Source of the DNA: Prochlorococcus sp. AG-355-B18 | GTDB lineage: Bacteria; Cyanobacteriota; Cyanobacteriia; PCC-6307; Cyanobiaceae | Length of the DNA: 11,821 nucleotides | Direction of reading: 5' to 3' | NCBI GenBank assembly: GCA_003280965.1 | Contig: QCDI01000018.1 | Location: forward strand, 1 to 11,821 | In this document: one piece after another, positions 5,230 to 11,821 of the stretch | How the letters are laid out: the number at the start of each line of letters is the position of its first letter | Position numbering within the stretch: position 1 is the stretch's first letter | Notes under the pieces: model-generated | Databases searched by the model: none | What the model was told of the DNA's origin: nothing | What the model saw: the letters and a program-made list of their open reading frames with translations, nothing else | Made by a program: the position numbers and the translations under genes

Positions 5230-6336
5230 ATGATTAAAAAAGAAGGAAGTTTTAAATATTTAGAAATCAAAAATATCAGTAAAAACTTTGGGGAAACATT
5301 CGTTTTGAAAAATATTCACTTGGATGTTTTTAAGGGAGAATTTTTATGTTTATTAGGACCAAGTGGTTGTGGAAAAACAACTCTGCTAAGAATAATTTCT
5401 GGCTTAGAGAGACAAACAAATGGCGATATTGTTCAAGATGGGCTTTTAATTTCTAATTCCCCCACTGAGAAAAGAGACTTTGGAATTGTTTTTCAGTCAT
5501 ATGCATTATTTCCAAACCTTAATGCAAAACAAAATATAGCTTATGGTCTTGAAAATAAAAAAATAAATAAAAAAGAAATTGAAAAAAGAACTAATAATTT
5601 AATTCGTTTGGTTGGATTAGAAAAAAATTCTGACCAATTTCCATCTCAATTATCTGGAGGTCAACAACAAAGAGTGGCTTTGGCGAGAGCCATGGCATTA
5701 TCTCCTGGTTTACTTTTATTAGATGAACCTCTTTCAGCACTAGATGCTCAAGTTAGATCAAAATTAAGAAATGAAATTAAACTAATACAAAAGAAACTTA
5801 ATTTAACTACTATCATGGTTACCCATGATCAAACTGAAGCTTTATCTATGGCAGATAGAGTTGTAGTCATGGAAAGAGGTCATATTGCTCAAATTGGAAC
5901 ACCTTTTGAATTGTATGAAAATCCAATTACACCTTTTGTTGCTGATTTCATAGGGAAGATGAATTTGTTAAAAGGTAAATATGATAAGAAAAATTGTGTT
6001 TTTTATTATCTTAATAATAGATTTTTAATTTCACAGAATACAGAATATTCATTTTTAGAAAACTGCTTGCTTGGTATTAGACCTGAAGATATTGAAATTA
6101 TTGAGTTCAGAAAAAATATAGAAAAGGAAGAAAATATTCTTAGAGTAAAAATAAAAGAAATTACTTATTTAGGAACGATTTTTAGATTAACAGTAGTTTT
6201 AGAATCTAAGCTAGAAGAAAATATTTTTGTAGACGTTATTTCTAATCAAGTGATCTCTAATAATTTAAAAATTGGAGATTTTATAGATATTAAATTAAAA
6301 AAAGAAAAAATTAAATTATTTGAAAGTAATTTATAA
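5230..6336 (+). CDS. phnT: ABC transporter ATP-binding subunit (PhnT2-like, PotA/FbpC class with C-terminal TOBE region)
   Basis: Walker A GPSGCGKT, Q-loop FQSYALFP, signature LSGGQQQRVALARA, Walker B LLLLDEP, H-loop VTHDQ. Confidence 0.92.
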   Translation: MIKKEGSFKYLEIKNISKNFGETFVLKNIHLDVFKGEFLCLLGPSGCGKTTLLRIISGLERQTNGDIVQDGLLISNSPTEKRDFGIVFQSYALFPNLNAKQNIAYGLENKKINKKEIEKRTNNLIRLVGLEKNSDQFPSQLSGGQQQRVALARAMALSPGLLLLDEPLSALDAQVRSKLRNEIKLIQKKLNLTTIMVTHDQTEALSMADRVVVMERGHIAQIGTPFELYENPITPFVADFIGKMNLLKGKYDKKNCVFYYLNNRFLISQNTEYSFLENCLLGIRPEDIEIIEFRKNIEKEENILRVKIKEITYLGTIFRLTVVLESKLEENIFVDVISNQVISNNLKIGDFIDIKLKKEKIKLFESNL

Positions 6337-6340
6337 GTCA

Positions 6341-8080
6341 ATGTATTTTAAAAAAAATCTTAACAAAAGTTTTAACATCTTATTATTAAAAATTTTAATT
6401 ATTTTTGTATTTATATTAGTTAGCTTTTTTATCATAATTCCTTTACTTCCATTATTCTTAAAAAGCTTTAGTGATAACAAAAATAATTTTATAGGATTAG
6501 AAAATTTTATAAACTATATTCAAAATCCATCCTTAACGCAATCCTTTATAAATAGCTTAAAGGTGGCACTTACTACGACTTTTTTTTCTGTATTAATTGG
6601 ATTTATTTATGCTTATGCTCTCACGAGGACAAGATTACCATTTAAAAAATTTTTCAATACTTTTAGCTTATTTTCTTTATATATTCCACCCCTGGCTGTT
6701 GCCATAGGTTTAATTTATATTTTTGGAAAACAAGGTTTAATTACTCAAGGATTTTTTGGGACTATTCCTGGATTTGATATAAATCTATATGGTTTTAATG
6801 GAATAATTATAGGTGAAATTTTTTACTGCTTTCCTCAAGCTCTAATTATTCTTGTGTCAGCATTAAATCTTAGTGATCAAAGATTATATGAAGCAGCAGA
6901 ATCTCTGAAAGCATCTCCACTTAGAAAATTCTTAACTATTACTTTACCCAATATCAAATATGGACTGATGAATTCATTTTTTATATGTTTTATTTTATCT
7001 TTTACGGATTTTGGAGTTCCTAAAGTTGTTGGGGGGAACTTTAATGTACTTGCTACAGATATTTATAAACAAGTTGTTGGTCAACAAAACTTTGCCATGG
7101 GAGCAACTATTAGTATCTATCTTTTAGTACCCTCAATTTTGGCTTTTCTAATTGATAAAAATTTCCAAAAGAATGAAGCATCTCTAATTTCGGGAAAATC
7201 TATACCGTTTAAACCAAGGAAGAATCTGATAGTTGATTCAATAATGTTTATTTTTTGCAGTTTAATTTTGATTTTAGTAATTGGGGTCTTTTCATCTATA
7301 GTATTAGCCTCGCTGGTAAAAATATGGCCATACGATATTTCTCTATCATTACAAAACTTTAGATTTTCTAATGTAGCTGGAAATGGTTATGAACCTTATT
7401 TTAATACTGTTTTCATGTCAATTTATACTGCAATATTTGGGACTATATTTGTATTTTTTACAGCTTATTTAGTAGAAAAATTTAAACCATTAAAAAAAAT
7501 AAGAATGCTAATATACTTTTTTTCAACATTACCAATTGCAATTCCTGGCTTAGTACTTGGCTTATCCTATATTCTTTTTTTTAATAAACCTTCTTTCTCT
7601 GTCCCCTTTTTAGATTTTCAAATATTTAATCCTTTCTCATTACTTTATGGAACAATGGGAATCCTTGTATTAGCTAATATCATACATTTTTTCACAGTGT
7701 GTTTTATATCAGCAACAACAACTTTAAAACAAATTGATAAAGAATTTGAAGAGGTATCAGAGTCTTTAAAAGTTCCTTTTTATAAAACCTTTTTAAGAAT
7801 AACGATACCATTATCACTCCCAACAATCTTAGAGATAGGAAGTTATTATTTTGTTAATTCAATGATAACTGTATCAGCTATTATTTTTCTCTACCCAGCA
7901 AAAATACCAGTTTCATCTGTTTCAATTGTAAACATGGATGATGCAGGAGATACAGCATCAGCGGCTGCAATGTCTACTCTTATCGTTTTAACAAGTCTAT
8001 TCGTAAGGTTAATTTATGAATTTACTTCTAGGAATGTTTCGAAAAAATCTTCTGTTTGGATTAATCCATTAGAAACTTAA
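6341..8080 (+). CDS. phnU: Fused two-domain ABC permease (PhnU2-like aminophosphonate permease)
   Basis: Many TM helices, two EAA loops ('LYEAAESLKAS', 'FEEVSESLKVP'), 'FTDFGVPKVVGG', 'ATDIYKQVVGQQNF'. ATG at 6341 is preferred over the in-frame TTG at 6320. Confidence 0.88.
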   Translation: MYFKKNLNKSFNILLLKILIIFVFILVSFFIIIPLLPLFLKSFSDNKNNFIGLENFINYIQNPSLTQSFINSLKVALTTTFFSVLIGFIYAYALTRTRLPFKKFFNTFSLFSLYIPPLAVAIGLIYIFGKQGLITQGFFGTIPGFDINLYGFNGIIIGEIFYCFPQALIILVSALNLSDQRLYEAAESLKASPLRKFLTITLPNIKYGLMNSFFICFILSFTDFGVPKVVGGNFNVLATDIYKQVVGQQNFAMGATISIYLLVPSILAFLIDKNFQKNEASLISGKSIPFKPRKNLIVDSIMFIFCSLILILVIGVFSSIVLASLVKIWPYDISLSLQNFRFSNVAGNGYEPYFNTVFMSIYTAIFGTIFVFFTAYLVEKFKPLKKIRMLIYFFSTLPIAIPGLVLGLSYILFFNKPSFSVPFLDFQIFNPFSLLYGTMGILVLANIIHFFTVCFISATTTLKQIDKEFEEVSESLKVPFYKTFLRITIPLSLPTILEIGSYYFVNSMITVSAIIFLYPAKIPVSSVSIVNMDDAGDTASAAAMSTLIVLTSLFVRLIYEFTSRNVSKKSSVWINPLET

Positions 8081-8129
8081 ACACAACTTAAACTTAAATG
8101 AATAAACTCAATATTATGAAGAAAAAAAT

Positions 8130-8861
8130 ATGAAAATAAAACTTGTTATTTTTGATATGGCTGGCACTACTGTGAAGGATAAAAATGAAGTCACTGGATG
8201 TTTTTTAGAGGCCGCCTCAAGAACAGGTTTAAATACTAATAAAAATGAAGTTGATCGATTACATGGCATTCCAAAAAAGAAGGTCTTTCAATTATTATGG
8301 GAAGAGAGAATCGGTAAAGGTAGTAATAAATTTGAAACTTATGTGAATAAATCTTTTGAAACTTTTAAGGATATCTTAGAAAGTCACTATTTATCTACTG
8401 ATATTGAACCAACAGAAGGCTGTCTTGAGTTATTTAGATCCTTAAAAACAAAAAATATTTTTATTGGATTAAACACAGGTTTTTATAGAAAAGTAACAAA
8501 CATAATACTTAAAAATCTTGGATGGGATTTAGGACTTAATGATAATTATGTGGGAGGCTCATCTTCAATTATTGATGTATCAGTAACCCCTTCAGAAATT
8601 TATAATAACGAAGGCCGTCCTTCTCCATATATGATTCAAAAGGCAATGTATGTTTTAGGAATTGATGATCCTAAATCAGTAGTTGTTATAGGTGATACCC
8701 CATCTGATTTGAAATCAGGAGTAAGTGCAGGCTGTTTAAAATCTTTTGCAGTCACAAATGGAACTCATTCAAAAGAACAGCTTGAGGCTTATAAAAATGA
8801 TGGACTTTTTTCTTCCTTAAATGAATTTTCATCTTACTTAAATCAATTTCTTGATGTCTAA
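8130..8861 (+). CDS. phnX: Phosphonatase-like HAD hydrolase (PhnX-like / HpnX, TIGR03351-like)
   Basis: Motif I is DMAGT (the DxAGT phosphonatase form), 'LNTGF', Arg in 'GRPSPYMI' replacing the usual Lys, 'GDTPSD', and cap Lys49 in 'HGIPK'. Confidence 0.82.
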   Translation: MKIKLVIFDMAGTTVKDKNEVTGCFLEAASRTGLNTNKNEVDRLHGIPKKKVFQLLWEERIGKGSNKFETYVNKSFETFKDILESHYLSTDIEPTEGCLELFRSLKTKNIFIGLNTGFYRKVTNIILKNLGWDLGLNDNYVGGSSSIIDVSVTPSEIYNNEGRPSPYMIQKAMYVLGIDDPKSVVVIGDTPSDLKSGVSAGCLKSFAVTNGTHSKEQLEAYKNDGLFSSLNEFSSYLNQFLDV

Positions 8862-9999
8862 AAATTGTAAAACTGATATAGCTATTATTGGAGCAGGTAT
8901 TGTAGGTCTTGCTCATGCATTGTCAGCTTCAAAAAGAGGTTTTAGTGTAAAAGTTTTTGAGAGAGAAGAAAAAGCTATTGGAGCTTCAATAAGAAACTTT
9001 GGAATGATATGGCCAATTGGTCAACCTTTTGGAAAGCTATATAGTAGAGCTCTTAATTCTAGAAAAATATGGATTGAGACAGCCAAAAGCAGCGACTTTT
9101 TTTTAGATCAAGTTGGTTCAATTATTTTGGCATATAAAGAAGATGAATATCAGGTTATGAAAGAATATTGTGATTTGTCTAAGTTTAAAAATTCAAGTGC
9201 AGAATTACTTTCAATAAAGCAAATCTTTAATCTTAGCCCTTATGTTTTAAGTAAAGGATTAATTGGAGGATTGTGGAGTCCTACTGAAATGATTGTTGAT
9301 CCTAGAGAGGCAATTAAAAAGATTACAATTTTATTAAAGAATAAATATGGAGTTGAATTTAATTTTGGTACAACAGTTTCAAGTGTTGAGCCAAATTTAG
9401 TAGTTACAAGTGATGGTAATAAGATTAATACAAAAAAAAGTATAATTTGTTCAGGAGCCGATTTTGAATCATTATTTCCTCAAGAATATAAGAAATTTCA
9501 TACAACCAAAAGCAAGCTTCAAATGTTAAGAACAATTACTCAACCTAAAAACTTTAAGTTAGGACCTGCACTTTGTTCAGGTTTTACATTAACGCATTAT
9601 GATTCTTTTGCTGAATGTTCATCAATTAATTCTTTAAAAGATAGATATAAAAAAGAGTTCCCTTTTGCAATTGAAAACGGAATACATATTATGATTTCTC
9701 AAAATGGATTAGGTGAAATTATTTTGGGAGATTCTCATGAGTATGGATTAACTTTTGATCCTTTTAATAATGAAGAAATAAATAAATTTATTGTCGATCA
9801 AGTTAAGAGTTTTATAAGTCTTCCTTCAATTGAGATAGCCTCAAGATGGAACGGAATATATCCTAAGTTAATAGGAGGAACAGAGTTAATAAAAGAAGTT
9901 GATGATTCAATCCTAATAGTCAATTGTTTGGGCGGTGCTGGAATGACCCAATCATTTGGACTCGCAGAAGAAATAGCTGAAGAATATTTAAATTTTTAG
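8854..9999 (+). CDS. hpnW: FAD-dependent amine oxidoreductase, phosphonate-cluster type (HpnW / TIGR03364-like, DAO superfamily)
   Basis: GAGIVG dinucleotide-binding motif, 'GASIRNFGMIWPIGQ', 'VDPREAI', 'KLQMLRT', 'GDSHEYG', 'GGAGMTQSFGLAEE'. Its start overlaps the end of the upstream HAD gene. Confidence 0.85.
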   Translation: MSKNCKTDIAIIGAGIVGLAHALSASKRGFSVKVFEREEKAIGASIRNFGMIWPIGQPFGKLYSRALNSRKIWIETAKSSDFFLDQVGSIILAYKEDEYQVMKEYCDLSKFKNSSAELLSIKQIFNLSPYVLSKGLIGGLWSPTEMIVDPREAIKKITILLKNKYGVEFNFGTTVSSVEPNLVVTSDGNKINTKKSIICSGADFESLFPQEYKKFHTTKSKLQMLRTITQPKNFKLGPALCSGFTLTHYDSFAECSSINSLKDRYKKEFPFAIENGIHIMISQNGLGEIILGDSHEYGLTFDPFNNEEINKFIVDQVKSFISLPSIEIASRWNGIYPKLIGGTELIKEVDDSILIVNCLGGAGMTQSFGLAEEIAEEYLNF

Positions 10000-10574
10000 C
10001 TTAAAAAAATACTTTCAATTTTTGTAATAAAAAATTCCAATTCTAGGTTTTTAAAATTAGTATCTTTTGCCTTTTCATCTAATTCTCTAACCAATAAAAT
10101 TTCATTAAAAAACTGATTTTTTTCAAAACTTTTTATTTCTTCCTTATTCATTTCACCTCCCTGAACCTTCAATGATGCTACTGAAGCTGATGAAAGTTTT
10201 GCAAAATAAGAAGAATCTTTTGTACATAGGTATCTTTTGGCATCAACATGCATTCTTACGCAATTAGTAATTTTATCTGAGAAAAAGTCCTTAATAAATT
10301 CTGCACCTATTTTTTCATGATCATTATATTTAGAATAGATATCTTGATCAAGAAGTAAATGACCTACATCGTGAAAAAGGGATGCGATAATGATTTCATC
10401 TGATAAACCGTTATTTACCGCATGAGTAGCGGATTGAAGCATATGATCTGAGACTGTTATTTCCTCACCTGCATATTGTTCTTTACCTTTCTGAGAAAAT
10501 AAATAATTAATCATTCTAAAGAATTCTTTTTTATCCTTTAAATTTATATTTTTCATCAAATTAAGATGTGCCAT
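9996..10574 (-). CDS. phnZ: PhnZ/HpnZ-type HD-domain diiron oxygenase for C-P bond cleavage (TIGR03276-like)
   Basis: 'YAGE' (YxxE loop), 'DHMLQSA', 'HDVGH', 'HEKIGA', 'HVDAKRYLC', 'LSSASVASLKVQGG' and 'RELDEKAK' give the full set of metal and phosphonate ligands. The start may instead be the ATG at 10556. Confidence 0.9.
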   Translation of the reverse strand: MAHLNLMKNINLKDKKEFFRMINYLFSQKGKEQYAGEEITVSDHMLQSATHAVNNGLSDEIIIASLFHDVGHLLLDQDIYSKYNDHEKIGAEFIKDFFSDKITNCVRMHVDAKRYLCTKDSSYFAKLSSASVASLKVQGGEMNKEEIKSFEKNQFFNEILLVRELDEKAKDTNFKNLELEFFITKIESIFLS

Positions 10575-10630
10575 TTCATTAAAATATATCTTATTAAAAT
10601 AAAGGTTAATAATTTATATAATATGAAATA

Positions 10631-11185
10631 ATGAAATCAGATTCTGAATCCAGAAAAAATCATATTTTTTTTAAGAGAGAAATTTTTGAAACCACTAAAA
10701 ATGTAAATTTAAAAATCGAACATTTAAAGCTAAATAATTCCTCCATTGGGAGATATGGTTCTATTGACCATAATGGATCAACAATGGTGATAGCTAAGAA
10801 TGAACAAGAAAAGATAATTGTTTTAAATCAATATAGATTTCCAGTTGAAGAATATATTTTAGAATTCCCATCAGGTACTATTAAAAATAATGAAAAGCCA
10901 ATATCGACTATAAGAAGAGAACTCATAGAAGAGACTGGCTATTCTTCAAAAAGTTTCAAATATTTCGGAGAAATCTTTGAGTCGCCATCTTATTCTAATG
11001 AAAGAATACATTTGTTTTTAGCTAACAATATTTTTAAAGAGGCTAATTTATTAGATAAGGATGATGATGAGGAAATCGAAGTTTTATTTTTTAGTAAAGA
11101 GAAAATCAGAGATTTAATTTACTCTGGAGCAATAAAAGATTCAGCTACGATAGCCTTTTTTTTTAAAGTTTATGATTTAATCTAA
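10631..11185 (+). CDS. Nudix hydrolase, ADP-ribose pyrophosphatase (NudF)-like
   Basis: Exact Nudix box GTIKNNEKPISTIRRELIEETGY (Gx5Ex7REUxEExGU); also 'QYRFPV', 'SPSYSNE', 'DDDEEIEV', 'IKDSAT'. Confidence 0.88.
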   Translation: MKSDSESRKNHIFFKREIFETTKNVNLKIEHLKLNNSSIGRYGSIDHNGSTMVIAKNEQEKIIVLNQYRFPVEEYILEFPSGTIKNNEKPISTIRRELIEETGYSSKSFKYFGEIFESPSYSNERIHLFLANNIFKEANLLDKDDDEEIEVLFFSKEKIRDLIYSGAIKDSATIAFFFKVYDLI

Positions 11186-11198
11186 ATACTAATTTATT

Positions 11199-11821
11199 TT
11201 AAAAAAATAAATTTTTAAAAATATTTTTTATATCATTTACTGAATTCAGTATGAAATCTGCTCCTGCAATCTTTAGTTTGGATTCATATATTTCTCTCGC
11301 TTTTAAACTGTTTTTTAAATGCAAATGTGGTGGAGCGACAGCAAGACTTATGAATTTCTGCTCTGGAATTATTTTTCTTGAATTAATAATTGTTTTAACA
11401 TCTGCTACCGTATCTCCAATATATGCTATGGGAGGAGCTGATCTTCCAAGCTCTTGATTAAGTAATTTTTTAGATAAATAAATGAAACCTTTAGGATCAG
11501 GTTTATCTGGAGCTTCTCCCATCGCGACTAGCGGAGGATTCAGAAGTTTTAATTTATTCTTTAATATATATTCAGCTGATGCCCTTTCTGCTCCACTTAC
11601 AAAACCCCACAAAATACTATTTTTAGTTAGTTCGCTAAAAATATTTTTCTCGATAAGAATTTTTTCGTTTTTTATAAATCCTGTCCAAATTTCTGATTCT
11701 AGAGGTGATTTCAAACCAAAATATAAATTTTCAAAATGGCAAACTAATTCTTTCCTTGTTGGAGGTGTAATAGTTAATCTATTGCTTACTATGTGTCTTT
11801 TTATTAGTTCTAAACTTAAAT
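11199..11821 (-). CDS. Cyanobacterial HAD-superfamily hydrolase (TIGR01548-like), 5' end outside the window
   Basis: The frame stays open from the TTG at 11714 to the window edge (...LSLELIKRH...PPTRKELVCHFENLYFG...). Motifs 'GFVSGAE', 'APDKPDPKG', 'YIGDTVAD', 'APPHLH'; HAD motif I must lie upstream. Confidence 0.85.
   Translation of the reverse strand, partial: LSLELIKRHIVSNRLTITPPTRKELVCHFENLYFGLKSPLESEIWTGFIKNEKILIEKNIFSELTKNSILWGFVSGAERASAEYILKNKLKLLNPPLVAMGEAPDKPDPKGFIYLSKKLLNQELGRSAPPIAYIGDTVADVKTIINSRKIIPEQKFISLAVAPPHLHLKNSLKAREIYESKLKIAGADFILNSVNDIKNIFKNLFF

Noticed and set aside
4096..8080. ABC transporter as an iron(III) or polyamine importer
   Set aside because: The fold class is shared, but the binding-protein and permease motifs and the adjacent phosphonate enzymes fit the aminophosphonate subfamily better.
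11251..11457. 68-aa plus-strand ORF
   Set aside because: Antisense shadow of the HAD hydrolase gene.
11712..11714. TTG start given by the ORF track for the HAD gene
   Set aside because: The frame is open to the window edge and HAD motif I is absent, so the true start is outside the window.

Overview
AT-rich picocyanobacterial DNA, most like a Prochlorococcus genomic island (inferred from gene families and composition). It has four parts. (1) 118-663: three tiny overlapping hypothetical genes. (2) 661-3883: a tightly packed, co-oriented array of unrelated small secreted or membrane genes (DUF3303-like, TM2, LptA/OstA-like, blue-copper cupredoxin, stand-alone PDZ, unknowns). Seven copies of the junction motif T(A/G)A-ATGAAACG(C/A)(T/A)TA punctuate it, each a stop triplet fused to an 'MKRLLL' signal-peptide start, so it looks like a cassette array with a shared leader. 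(3) 4096-10574: an aminophosphonate uptake and catabolism cluster with a Pho-box-like promoter. It encodes an AepX/PhnS2-type ABC transporter, a PhnX-like phosphonatase, an HpnW-type FAD amine oxidoreductase and a convergent PhnZ HD-domain oxygenase; no phnW or phnY* is present. (4) A Nudix hydrolase and the 3' part of a TIGR01548-type HAD gene that runs off the window and probably marks the island edge. No tRNA, rRNA, integrase, transposase or CRISPR array was seen. All family assignments are from motif recognition by eye, not database searches.
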